Made by a program: the position numbers and the translations under genes. From positions 104,222,001 to 104,286,000 of the forward strand of contig NC_043006.1 in NCBI RefSeq assembly GCF_006345805.1: a stretch of 64,000 bases of DNA, given 5' to 3'. A model generated the notes under the pieces. The model searched no databases. It was not told the origin of the DNA and saw only the letters and a list, made by a program, of their open reading frames with translations. The DNA comes from Octopus sinensis (taxonomy: Eukaryota). The stretch's first letter is position 1. Each line of letters opens with the position of its first letter. This document shows positions 25,545 through 38,514 of the stretch, in pieces.

Positions 25545-26536
25545 TATGTATATATATATGTACACACACACACAATCAAACACACACACACACACATATT
25601 TATATATATAAATGAAGAGTAGATAGACAGCCGACAACTGATGAAGTGTCCTTTCTCTTAGTTTACTTGTCCTGTTTTCCATTTTTCTCGTTGTTCACGT
25701 ATTTCACTCATATTTCAGGTTATTTTCACAGTTGGTGACGTCCTGCACCCACATATGCATGTATATATATATATATATATATAATATATATATATAAATA
25801 TATATATAATAAATATTATTATTATTAAATAATTGAACGCGACGCGTCCATTTTCTAGTTTATCTTCACCTTTTTGATGGGACTCTCAAATCTATATTGT
25901 TTTTTTTTTCTCCATCCTTCTCTAATTCCCCTTTTCTCCCCTCCCTCCTTCACCGCTTTCTATTTCTCTTTCTCTTTCTCTCTCTCTCTCTCTATCGTTG
26001 CTCACACGTGACCAGCGTCCATCTTTCTTTTTCTGCACGGATGTTTAAAAGAACGGACATGTTTTTTCTCTCTCTTCTATTTTTTCTCTTTTCAAAAAAC
26101 TTGTTTCTCCCAGCTTTCATTCATTATTTTCCTCTCGTTCTGGTTTAAGGATCCTGTATGTTTATTTCCGTTCGGTTTCCTTGTATGTCTCCACTGACAT
26201 GTTTTTGTTTCCAGCTTTGACCCTCCAAAAGCCCTAAATTTTATTTTAGAATTTATAGGGGCAACTGTCTTTGAAAACTCATATTGTCGTTCATTGCTCG
26301 AAATGAGGATTAGATAGACGGCCAACAACTGATGAAGAGTCATTTCTCTGTGTTTACTTGTCGTCCTGTTTTCCATTTCACTCCTCTTTCCCTCGTTTGT
26401 TTGCGTATTTCATGCTATTCGCACTGTTGTTGACGTCCTGTACCCATATATGCATATATATATATATATATATATAAATGAGTGTGCAAAATAGCCCCCA
26501 CAATTGCTGGAGATGTGAGTTTATATATACATATAT

Positions 26537-26940
26537 GCGTAGGCGTAGCTGTGTTGTATGACGTTTGCTTCGAAACCACATGTTTCCGTGTTCAATACCG
26601 ATGTATGACTCCTTGGACAAGTATTTTTGGCTATAGACTCGAGCTGACCAAATCCTTGTGAGTGGATTTGGTAGACGGACACAGAAAGAAATTCGTCCTA
26701 TATGTACATAGCCATGTATGTGCGTCTGTGTGTCTATGTCTCTTCCCACCGCCACCAACACTGCTCGACAACTGATGTTAATGTGTTTACATCCCCGGTA
26801 CTTAACGGTTCGGCAGAAGGAAGTCGATGGCTTAAAAAGGAAATAAATACTGGGCTCCATTAGTTCGACGAAAATTCTTGAAGTCGCTGCCCCACCACGG
26901 CCGCAGTCTAATGACTGAAACAAATAAAAAGTAAAAGATA
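26537..26940 (+). mobile_element. SINE family B, degraded
   Basis: Head, CORE-like block and tail all recognisable. Confidence 0.8.
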
Positions 26941-27699
26941 TATACATACATGTGTGTAGGTGTATGCGTGTTTATAGGTATGTATAATGTATGTATGCAT
27001 GTATGCATGTATGTATGTATGTATGTATGTATGTGTATGTATGTATGTATGTTTGTATGTATGTGTGTGTTTATGTATGTATGTATGTGTGTGTTATGTA
27101 TGTATGTATGTGTGTGTGTATGTATGTTTGTATGTATGTATGTATGTGTGTGTTTGTATGCATGTATGTGTGTGTATGTGTGTGCATGTATGCATGTATG
27201 TATGTGTGTATGCATTTATGTATGTACATGTGTGCGTTTCAATATAACGTTCTGTAATATCTCCATCAACCAACGTGCACTTTACAAAGCACCCATCACC
27301 CACAATGCAACAGCAGAAATCACTTGTTGAAGGTAACTATCAGCGCCGCCGAACCTGGCACCGCAACGTTGCGAAATACGAATCATTAGTGACTGCTATG
27401 CACAAATCATATTACTTGTACATCATTGAGATTGCATTGTTTCTATTAGTTTCACAATGCACAATCTATCATTCGATTTCTCATTACTTCTGGAATGAAA
27501 CTTATAATAACAGATGTTCTAGGCGTGACGATCCAGCCTTTTTAATTAAATATTATGTTATTAGGATTGTGTTATGCAATGTGTCCTATAAGTTTTAATG
27601 TTACGGTATTATTTCAGAGAGATTTTGGCAGAAACAGCGGACGCCTAAAGGTATCCTTCTGAGACATAGGTATATGCATTTGTTAAACTGGACGTCAAA

Positions 27700-29085
27700 C
27701 ATTAAGGTAGAGCAAACATCTCAAGTCACATACAATATTATTATAGGAAGAAGTTCAAAATCTTACAGCTGTTTCTGGGATACCCCCGAGTATGGGATAT
27801 TCCGTCATCAGAGATAAATTTTGGGAAAAAAATATGGAAAATGAGAAGGTTATATATTAATGAAATGATAACGTAGAGGAAGGGAGTAAAAGAATAAGAA
27901 AATGGAAAGAGAGAAGAAACAAGAAGCATAAAAGTTCATAGTTCAACTTTCCGAAGTTATGGAAACCAAAGCATGAGTTCTTAGGTGCACTTCTGGGTAG
28001 ATCCATGAGCGTAAGCCTTTAGGTGCAATCCTACGTATATCCATGTGGGTTAAAAGTCCTGATATAGTAGACATCCTAAGAAAACAACGCGAACATATCA
28101 ACGTAACAGTAAAGAAAGGAAATAAATAGAAAGAAAGGTGGATAGAGTGAGGTAGGGGGATTTTAAGGATTAGCTATAGGATAAAGTAAGGTGCATAGGT
28201 GTATGGTGTCTAAGAATTGTGTACGGGGTAACCGAGAAGAGAGGATGAGGAGGTAGAGGAAGATAGGGTAAAAGAATAGAGCGGAATGAAAGGAATTTAC
28301 AGAGAGTAGTTGATGTCTGGTAATTTCAAAGTCTAAAGTTGTTGGGGTAGAAATTTGGTAGGAATTGCTTGCGTCCGCCCTGGCTAAGGTCAGTAGCTGT
28401 AGAGTTATTTTTAGCAATGGGGTTGTGTGTGCATAGGTAATTATTTATGAGTGGGAGTTAGAGTTAGGGGATTCATAGTAGGGGATTTATTAGGTTATGG
28501 TTTAAAATAAATTAAGGATAAATTAAAGAAGTAATATCTATCTATACCATAGTGTGATGAGGTTCGGAAGAGAGATATGAGGTGAGACATAAGATAGAAA
28601 GAAGAGTTATAGAGATATAGAAGGGGTATGCGTTAATGATCATAGGGGTATGTATGTGGGTGTTATTCGTAGGGGTGGTGAGCTTCCATTTAGATTTATA
28701 AAAGAATTTAAAAGTACGGAATGATTTCTGCTTACACGAAGTGAAGGCCTCGTTGTATATTTATTAAGCGATTGTTGTGAGTTGTAGGTTAGAATTTTGA
28801 GAGCTTCTTTTGAGCAAAGTTCACAACTAGAGTGTTGGCCCTGATATGGGGTACTAGGGTCTATTATAGCCCAGGAAAGTTTATACTGTATTTTTATAAT
28901 CTGTTACAGCATTTACCTAGCGTACCTAATCGTTTAGATCACCTGTGAATTAAACCCCTATACTTTGTATAAAACTCAGAGTTTTATCTTGACTACCGAG
29001 TAATGTAACATATTGTATAGATAAATTTCCTCTATTTACATAATATTGAGGTCTCTTTCTTTCTTTTGTTATCTTACCGTTTTAT

Positions 29086-29090
<5 letters not shown>
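27700..29090 (-). mobile_element. Internally deleted Penelope-like element
   Basis: Minus strand: C/T-rich decayed ORF, a C-terminal-like YIRTFNPHGY near 28050, then a 3' UTR with a hammerhead. Abuts (TA)n. Confidence 0.5.
27760..27815 (-). ncRNA. Minimal type-I hammerhead motif, intact catalytic core
   Basis: Minus strand: ATCT-CTGATGA-c-GGAATATCCC[atactcg]GGGGTATCC-ca-GAAAC-AGCT-GTA-AGAT. Confidence 0.8.
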
Positions 29091-29129
<39 letters not shown>

Positions 29130-29179
29130 TATAATATATATATAGGCGAGAAAGTTGGTGTGTGAAAGCACGTGGTTGA

Positions 29180-29350
29180 ATATATAGAAAATAGTAAAAA
29201 GTGAAAAACTACAGAAGGCTTGTTTTAAAAGGTTAAAAAAAATATATTTGAGTCATTATGTCAGAATAACATTCTTCTGACATAATGACTCAAATATATT
29301 TTTTAACCGTTTAAAACAAGCCTTCTGTAGTTTTTTCACTTTTTACTATT

Positions 29351-29360
<10 letters not shown>
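29180..29360. repeat. Hairpin with about 87-bp arms and 8-nt loop
   Basis: 29180-29266 vs 29275-29360. One substitution and two homopolymer-length differences. Loop TAACATTC. Confidence 0.95.
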
Positions 29361-29395
<35 letters not shown>

Positions 29396-30239
29396 CACAT
29401 TATAAGTATGCACACACGTGTAGGCGCGTGCAGACATATTCATGCTTATATATAGAAATAGCATGTTAGATAGATAGCTAGATAGATACATACATAGATT
29501 AAGAGATGTAACTTATATATTTATATGTATATATGTGTGTGTGCACGTGCGTTGCGTTTGTGTGTATGGGTTTCTGTGCGCGCGTGTCTGTGCGCGCGTG
29601 TCTGTGCGTTGAGCTTGCGTGTATGCGTGTGTGCGTGTGTGTGTGTATGTGTGTGTGCAGTTATTTGTTTCGCGGTAGATCTCGTGCCTACTGTAGCGTG
29701 TATCGTCAGTGATGTACCTGCTCACTTCGAGGGTTTTAAGCCTTTCACCTTCCGACTCACACACCACTTGACCCAAATGGAATTCATGAAGTCAAAGCTT
29801 GCATCCCAGCAGCGAACGTCATGATCCTCTTCTCAAAGCAAATTGGCAATTTTCTCTGCGGCTGTGGTAACGGGACTTAAGGGCGTCTTGCTTGCTGTAG
29901 CGCTTAATTTCAAGCCCGGACAGAGCTTTGGAAATTGGTCTCCTGAAACCCGACATCCTAACTCACTTGGCAATATCTATGTTTGGTTTCGACTACTTTT
30001 ATATTCTGAGTTCTATCCTGACTTTGCCTTCTATCCTCCTTTGGAAGTCGATAAAATATATACCAGTTAAATACTGGAGTCAATGTAATCGACTTACCGT
30101 CTCCCTCGAAATTTCTGGCTTTGCACTAAAATTTCAAACCAATATGTATGTCTGCAAAAAGAACGAAAGAGAAAAGAAAAATGGAGTAGGTATAGGGAAA
30201 TTAAATAATTTGTAACATCGCTTACGATTTGAACCAACT

Positions 30240-31170
30240 CCTTTACCCTCAATAGGTAACTTTCTGCCTTTTCTACTCCTAACCCCTTTGATTTCCTGCT
30301 TGCGGTAGGCTCTCCATATGGTCTGTGTTTCATCTGCATCCCATTTCAATCTAATTAGATCTTACTTGACACCTGTTACCTCCGTATACTCCAGCCCCTC
30401 AGTATATTTTGCTCTCTTCCGGTCAGAGACGTTTTCAGTATGGTCTTCCCATGAGCATCCTCCTCTTCCTCCAGCTCGACTTTATGTACCCAGGCTTACG
30501 CCGTTGCTAGCAGGCCAGGTACATTGTTCCTCGCGGCTGACCATAGCTTGTCTCCAGACTTGTCCAGTGCAATATTCTTTTCTAGATTAAAAGATGTACA
30601 ATGGCCACATACAGTATCCAGTATGGTGTTTGGAATTGATCACAGCACCAGTAGTAATTTTTTTATCACGCAATAACTTTAGGCAGCTGTTGAGAATTTG
30701 TTGCTACATCTTCCATCTGAAACACAGATGGTAGGCCGTTGACTTCATTGTCTCCCAGAACTACAAGTTAGATGAGCTTCATCTAATGGCATAGGTAGTT
30801 TCAGTCAAGAATTACATGCCACAAGGTTCGGCCTTCTAAAGCTCAGACCATATGCCTGCTTCCAAATTATTCTGCTGATTCTCCACATTCGACACTGCCC
30901 CTGCCTATGGTTGGGCGAACTCCTATCCTTCCACGGCACTTAGTTCTAGGTATTGTACTTTAACCAGAACAATCATGCCCAAACCGCCACTCTCGCTGGC
31001 ACTCTGTCTGGGCTGCAACTCCGCGGCGTCCGTGGCTTCAGCTGTCTTATGCTCGAAACTTATTCGCACATCCATACCAATCTGACGGACATCAGGGTCA
31101 CCGGACTCTTGCTATTGCATCATCTTAGCAAAAATCTCCAAAAAGTCATCCTTCGAGCTACTGACGTGCA
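30240..31170 (-). mobile_element. Possible Gypsy integrase remnant
   Basis: Coding-like composition. STAYH..SDG string near 30740 on the minus strand. Heavily decayed. Confidence 0.3.
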
Positions 31171-31449
31171 GGTTCACCATATATAAACATAACTTAAAGC
31201 TTTCGCTTTTATGAATCAAATCGTCTTTATACATAATTATCCCACCAAAGCAGACGCATTTCTTATTCCTGGGGCAATTTTTATTTCACTGACATCTTCT
31301 TTCAATCAGAATCCTAATATACGAAGACTTAAAATTTTCAATTGTCGTATTTCATGTCTCACTCGAATACCAACTGACAAACATTTGGTGAGTCTTTTTA
31401 TTGATGTCATCAAAAGGAATGCCTTCTCTTCTATTTCGCCAATCGTTAT

Positions 31450-31800
31450 AAATCGGTGTGAGCGAAAGAATGGAGAAACAATAAGTTATCAGTAACTTAC
31501 AGCTTTCACAATAGTAACTGATGTCATGTGGTATATCATTAGCGAACAGTACAGAATAGAAAATATAGCCATATTGATTGCATTGGAAAATTCTGTTGTA
31601 AAATGCGAATCCACTGAAGGAGTTGTAACATTTGACCAATGAATAAAATAGCGAATTGCAGAATAAAGTTAAGGAAAGATGGCGTTGGAAACGATGGGGA
31701 AAGAGAACAATGCAGGAAGAAATTAGCATAACCAACCAGCTAACATATATATACGCACGTCTAGGGTAGACATAATGAAAAAAAGGAGTAAATAAACACA
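31450..31800 (-). repeat. Dispersed repeat, second copy at about 49565-49960 (+)
   Basis: Shared CTAGACGTGCGTATATATATGTTAGCTGGTTGGTTATGCTAATTTCTTCC..GAAAGCTGTA. Possibly a PLE end. Confidence 0.7.
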
Positions 31801-31845
31801 CCAGCCAATGAGATTTTATGTGTTCAACTTACCAGCTAAATATAT

Positions 31846-32060
31846 ATTTCTTTATTACCCACAAGGGAACAAACAAGGACAGACAAAGGGATTAAGTCGA
31901 TTACATCGTCTCCAGTGCGAAACTGGTACTTTATTTATCGACCCCGAAAGGATGAAAGGCAAAGTCGACCTCGGCGGAATTTGAAATCAGAACGTAACGG
32001 CAGACGAAATACGGCTACGCATTTCGCCCGGCGTGCTAACCACTCTGCCAGCTCGCCGCC
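31846..32060 (-). mobile_element. SINE family A, full length
   Basis: Complete head-to-tail copy. Confidence 0.9.
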
Positions 32061-32339
32061 TTAATATACCTGCTAAATATAGCAGCGAAACACTCCTGAA
32101 TTTGAATTCTGAATATTTAAAAAAAGCGAGTGCATTGCATTGTATAGGATACTCAGATATATTACGAGGTGGATGTGGTTGCAATACGTTTAATCATAGG
32201 TCAGGGACTGAAGAGCGTGGATCTGCTGTTTAACAATAAATAATTGTGATAGAGGGCGAGATGGGAAGATTTAGTTGATTTACTCGATTCCTTTATTTTA
32301 TCGATCCCAGAAGAACGGCGGGGGCTCCACCTCGTTCTT

Positions 32340-33165
32340 TTATAGATGGTTGGTGGGTGGTAAGTGCGACGATGTTTTTGGGGAGACTTTAGGTTTCGAT
32401 GACGGTCAACTCACCAGTCTATTCCGAAGAACTTTTGGGCCAGGGTCCATGGATAACTACCAGAAATCTCTGGCCTGGCAGAGCTACCGAGGAGCTCTGC
32501 CTGTTCGCGATAAACTCTTTAGGCACAGATGTACAGACACACGGACATGTCCAAGATGCAAACATAGCAACGAAGCTATTCTGCACACTATCGTACAGTG
32601 TCTGTTGCTTTAGGATCTTTGGGTTTACGTAGAACACCTGCTGTTGCGTCTGGGAGGAGTACAGTTGTCAACTGAGTCCATCATCAAGATTGTACCACTT
32701 CCTTCCCTTGGCTGGAAAAGGCAGGCAACTTTCCTCTGCTGTAGCGAAAGAAGTCGTGTGGTTGATGAGAGAGAAAGGAATTAAGACAGGCAACTTACTC
32801 ACTGGCCGTGGTTTAATAAATTACTTTACATACCACGTGAAAAGAAAACTAAGGCCAGAGAGAGAGAGAGAGAGAGAGTTGTTACTATTGCGTATGTTCA
32901 GGACTAGATGGATGCAAGTGGTGCGATCGTTGAGCATGACTGTAGCCAACTTGAACGTGCTGCCGTAGTCTCCTGCGTGAGAGCAGTGTAGGATCGTGGC
33001 TTGTCGGGTCTCCACTCTCAACATTTCATCTTTATACAATGTCTAATTTTTATCTCGTCATTTCTTTTTCTTCTTCCATCCGCCCATTCAACCTTGTTGT
33101 AGACCCCTAATTATTCTTGTCTATCCTGTGATGTCCCTCTATGTCGGCCCTGGCGGCTAATAAAG
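32340..33165 (+). mobile_element. Tx1/L1-clade LINE 3' fragment
   Basis: WQSYRGALPVRDKLFRH..CPRCKHSNEAILHTIVQC (zf-RVT-type CCHC region), 3' UTR ending AATAAAG. Confidence 0.75.
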
Positions 33166-33179
33166 CATTAATTTTCCTT

Positions 33180-33428
33180 ACCAAACAACCACACAAATGG
33201 TTTGATTATAGTGATCAGATGTTTGTGTAGACATAATCTCACTCCCTCCATCAGATCAACATCACCTGTACAGGTGTAATGAGTGCCACGTATCAGATGT
33301 GGAAATGATCGCAAAGCAACGTGAAATGAAGTGCTTTGCTCAAAAAAGCATAACGCAACGTGGAAATCGAACCCATGATCTCACAATCGAGAGTTCAACA
33401 CCCCAACCACTAAGTCATGCGCCTCCAC
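33180..33428 (-). mobile_element. tRNA-derived SINE family E
   Basis: Minus-strand head GGAGGCGCATGACTTAGTGG..GGTTCGATTTCC, then TTGAGCAAAGCACTTCATTTCACGTTGCT. Confidence 0.7.
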
Positions 33429-33591
33429 ATTACACACACACACACACACCACACACATACACACACACACACACATACACACACACACACATACACACAC
33501 ACGCACACACACATACACACACACACACACACACCACACACACACAAACACGCACGCACGCACATGTCGCAAAGTGTATTTTTCATTTTGT

Positions 33592-33643
33592 TTCATTTTA
33601 TCTAGTTTCAGCTCACGAGCTGTGGCCATGCTGGGGCACCGCC
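33592..33643 (-). mobile_element. Isolated 3' tip of the CR1-group LINE
   Basis: GGCGGTGCCCCAGCATGGCCACAGCTCGTGAGCTGAAACTAGATAAAA matches the end of the 38515 LINE. Confidence 0.75.
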
Positions 33644-34131
33644 ATTATATATACTATATAATGATATAGAAGTCAACGTTCTTACTGTTGGCAACCATGA
33701 GTCCATGTTATTCTTCTCCAAGTGTCATTATTAGTGAAGAGCATTCAAGCAAACACTTCAACTGATTCAGTTTTAACTGCGTAGTCTGTATTCTTCGTTA
33801 TTTTAATATAACCAGATAAATAAATATAGATAGCAATAGGAAAAAGAGACAGCGCGTATGAGAGAAAGAGAGAGAGAGAGAGAGGTGGAGGAGAGAAGAT
33901 AGAGGTGAATATATTTAAATATCGCATAATGTGATATGTTTTCCTTGTTCTCGAATGGTAATTGTTGAATCTCAGCGAAAGATAGACGTTGTCCTAATAT
34001 GGCTACAAGACTACATACATATTTTGTGGAATCGTTCATGTGCTTCTGTCATGTGCGTCTGCCACATGATAGATTTCAAGAAGAAAACACGATTTCGATA
34101 TCACACTAGGAAAACTCTACTTATTGGATAA

Positions 34132-34725
34132 CGCGTGACTCTGTGGTTAGGAGCTTGTTTTCCAACCACATGCTCTGACTTCAGTCCCATTGCGAGGGAC
34201 CTTGCACAAGGGTATTTTGTAATAGCCTCGGGCCAACCGAAGCCTTGTGAGTGGATTTGGTAGACGGAACTTGAAAGAAGTCTGTCGCATGTCTGTTTGC
34301 TGTCTGTATGTCTGTCTGTGTGTCTGTGTGTCAGTGTGTGTGTGTGTGTGTATGTCTGTGTGTCTGTCTGTGTGTCTGCGTGTGTATTTGTTTGTGTGTC
34401 TGTCTGTGTGTCTGCGTGTGTATCTGTCTGTGTCTGTCTGTGTGTCTGTGTGTGTATCTGTCTGTGTGTCTGTCTATGTATCTGCGTGTGTATCTGTCTG
34501 TGTTTGTCTGTGCGTCTGTGTGTGTGTGTCTGTCTATTTATATATCCATGAGTGTTTGTGTGTGCGTCTTTGTATTTATTCCCCCCCCCCACATCACCGC
34601 TTGACAACAATGTTGGTTTGTTTATGTCCACATAACTCAGTGATTCAGCAAAAATGTTTCGATACAATGAGTACTACGCTTTTAAAAAGTAAGTCCTGGG
34701 ACGATTTGTCCGAGTAAACCCTTCA
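34132..34725 (+). mobile_element. SINE family B with about 270-bp (TGTC/TG)n internal expansion
   Basis: Head at 34132-34290, tail portion at 34560-34725. Confidence 0.75.
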
Positions 34726-34804
34726 ATGACTGAGATAAATAGAAAGGCACAAGACGTATATTTACCAGAAATTAATAATAACAATTACAACCATGCTTAA
34801 TGCG

Positions 34805-35010
34805 GGGAGCTGACAGAGTCGGTAGCGCGTCGGGCAAAATGTTTAGCGCCATTTCGTCTGTCTCTACGTTGTGAGTTCAAAATCTGCCGGAGTCCACTTT
34901 GTGTTTCATTTTTTCGGTGTCAATAAGTACGAAATGAACACGATGGTCGATTTAACGAACTTATCCCCTCCCCTCAACTTACAAGGCCTTGTTTTCAAAG
35001 TTTGAAACTA
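34805..35010 (+). mobile_element. SINE family A, alternative tail
   Basis: Head and body of family A with an AGGCCTTG..TTTGAAAC tail. Confidence 0.7.
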
Positions 35011-36585
35011 AAATTTCGACATGCTAGTGTCAAATTATTTGCTACTCCTTGTATAATCAAATAGATTAGCACCAGCTCTTATTTCTGGGTCTTACTTCAT
35101 CACTTATCGCCATTCACTCAGAATCATCGAAGCTAAATTCAGTTTTAGCAGGATTTGAATTCAGAACGTGACAATGCCATCGAGTACCGACTATCATTTT
35201 TGTCCGCTTTCCTGCATATTTTGGCAAAAAAAAAATAAGAAAGAAAACACGCAATGGTGACTATAGCGAGATTTCATCATAAGAAGTCAAAGCTCTATTT
35301 ATCAATTTATTTAGACAAGTAAAAGGAAAGGATTTAAGTCTATAAAATAAGATCAAATGAAATGAGATCCCGAGATATTCAATTTAATGTCCGACTATAC
35401 AGGAAAATATGAGTTGAAAGAATTTGAGCTGCTTCTTTTAGCGTGTCAAGTGACCTCTTAGAAATTCCCTATCCTTGGTGTTATAATTGTTTTTAATCTC
35501 CCCTGAGTGGGCCCTAATCGAGCGGATCTATTTTGACTGTGACGATTGCGTCTTTTTTTTGCGCATATCTTTTAATGTGTGAACACAGGTGCACACAATT
35601 CACTGCGTTCTTTTCTTTTAATAGTAGGTGTGTGATATGAGGAAGACTCAGCTGTTATTTCTAGGAAAAGGAGAGACTACATAGAGATTTTGCTTCTATC
35701 TTGCTTGTGGTATGTCACAGTGAGATTGATAACGGAAAGAGATCATATAGTGATAGAGAAAAGAGTGAGTTTATTTAAGGGTGCATTTCTGATGGCACTA
35801 CCGGCGACCCTTCACAGGGGTCACTAAACTGTTAAGATGAAGTTATCCTCAGACTGTAGACCTGGCCTGAATATTTGCAAGAGACTGGACTCCATTAAAG
35901 GCACTCAACGTGCCAAATGGTGGTGTTAAACCTGGTAACAGAAGAGAGTTCACTAACCAAATTGGGGGCCTATGAGAATTTGAAATAGAACGCAAAAAGG
36001 CGACACTCTAACAGTTTCATCAATATACAGCCCTGGAATAATATTTTTTTCTTTACAGATCTTGAAAAGATGAAAGGATAAGTTGGCCCCCGGCGTGATT
36101 TGAACTCAGAATGTATATAATTCTAACAAGTACACTTCTGACCGACTTTCTATTTACCCTGTCTATTTGCTCCTTAAAACATTACCTAGTACTCTTTTTA
36201 GAAATATTGGGTTTACAGTAATACTGTCGCTGTCAATGAATTGCAGATTACAGTAATGAAGAAGCATGTAACCACAGATGTGCGCCTCTTGGATGTTTTT
36301 CCTTCTCTCCGGATCTTTCTTCTCTCTTCTTTCTGACAAAGATCCATGTCCGAAACGTTATACACTCACTCTTCTTCCCCATCTTGTACGGAGCGTCAGC
36401 CTTAATACATTACATATAGATGTTTTTGACTTTCGTAGTTTGTTGTTTTTAATTTTCGATTTGCATACATACATACCACACACAGACACACACCACATAC
36501 ATACATACATACATACATACATACACATACATACATACCTACATACATACATATATGTTGCTTGCACCGTTGGTGACATTCTGTA

Positions 36586-36627
<42 letters not shown>

Positions 36628-37290
36628 GATAATATATAATATATTATATATTATATATTATCATTATATATATATTATTTACTATTTATTATATATATAT
36701 ATATATGCGAAATAAGGTATGTAAAATATATAAAGTAAAAAGTAAGAAAGAAAAGCAAAAAAAAAACTAACGTATTTCTTCAACAAAAGTCATTCAGAGA
36801 TTTACTAGAAAAATACAAAAACTGAAATATTTATTGAGACGAAAAAAAATTGCTTAAAATAAATAATAATATTAATAAAAGAAAACAACACCCATCTCGA
36901 ACGAAAAAAAAAAGCCAAAAGACTTATGTAGGAAAAAACAAACAAACAAAACAGAATTATTCAAATACGTATTTATTGAAATGTAATTTTTATTGCGTTT
37001 CTTTTCTCTGTACCGGAAGACATTTTACATACCGACATTCATGTATAATATTAAGTATAAACCAATCACTTGTTCAAGAATTAAGAAAACATCTAGAGAA
37101 CAGTGGGAGACAAGTAGTGAGCAATGTTGACATAAAAAGGGGGAGGTAAAAATAAAAAAAAAGGAAGGAAAATATTGCAATCATTAAGTACGTTTAGTTT
37201 TAGAGAAGTTGGTAGCCAGTATTTTTCTTGTTTGGAAATAAGCCAGATGGTTAAGGTATACGATAATGATTTTTATGAGAATATACATAC

Positions 37291-37325
<35 letters not shown>

Positions 37326-38244
37326 TGTGTGTATGTGTGTGTGTGTGTGTGTGTGTGCGCGTGCATTTGTGTGTGTGTATTTACATATATATATTTATAC
37401 ATTTATATAATATATATATATATATGTATATTATATTATATATCATATAGATATATTATATATAATACAGAGAGAGAGAGAGAGAGAGAGAGAATTGATA
37501 GATAGATTGATAGATAGATAGATAGATAGATAAATAGATTGATAGATAGATAGATAGATAGATAGATAAATAGATAATATATAGATAGATAGATAGAAAG
37601 ACAGATTTAATTTTGGGGAATATATTGCAGTTTTTAATGGCGCTTAAAGTATGTATGGCTTAAAAGTCAAAGTTATGTGCGTTGGTCAATACTTTAGTGA
37701 AGCAACACACACACTCACACACACCCACATGCTCACACATATTTAAACTAGGTATTCAACAGTGGCTTCGGGGTTTCAATTCATCTACCATCGTCAGACT
37801 GTAAAACGCTTTTGTGTTGTATCAAGCCGTTTTATATATTTTTGTTTCACCTTACCTGTAGTGTTTAGTGGTTATAATGCAGATGTGGTGTAAAATGAAC
37901 TCCGTAGCATATAATCAATCAGCATCATATTTTGAGGAAAGTAAACTGGTGTACCAAACATTCGGAGCCACTATCAAATTTTTCCTTTTGACCATGTGAT
38001 ACACTGGTTACCTGAACTGAATGGCCCTTCAAGTAACGTTTGACTGTTTATGTAAGCATGCATATATGTTATGTATGTTTATTATAGATATATATATATA
38101 GAATATATATATATATAGCATATATATATATATCTATCTATCTATATATATATATCGGTAAGTATATATTATATATATCATATATATATATATAGTATGA
38201 ATATATAGATACTTTTGTACTCTTTTCATAAAGCTCCGTCCCGT

Positions 38245-38299
<55 letters not shown>

Positions 38300-38382
38300 C
38301 TATATATATAATATAATATATATATATGATATATATATATATATATATATATAGTATTTATAATATATATATATATATATAT

Positions 38383-38420
<38 letters not shown>

Positions 38421-38514
38421 TATATATACTATATATATATATATATATCGTATATATATATAGTTATATAATATATATATATATATATCATATATATATA
38501 TAGTATATATAGTT

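Noticed and set aside
31490-31545. CTAATGA..GAAAGCTGTA on the minus strand (CTAATCA variant near 49810-49855)
   Set aside because: G5 is missing in both copies and stem I is unconvincing; not counted as a hammerhead.
37963-37977. 14-mer CGGAGCCACTATCA shared with about 51063-51076, both upstream of GTAAG donor-like sites on the minus strand
   Set aside because: Similarity does not extend; the 37.9-kb segment has stops in all frames.
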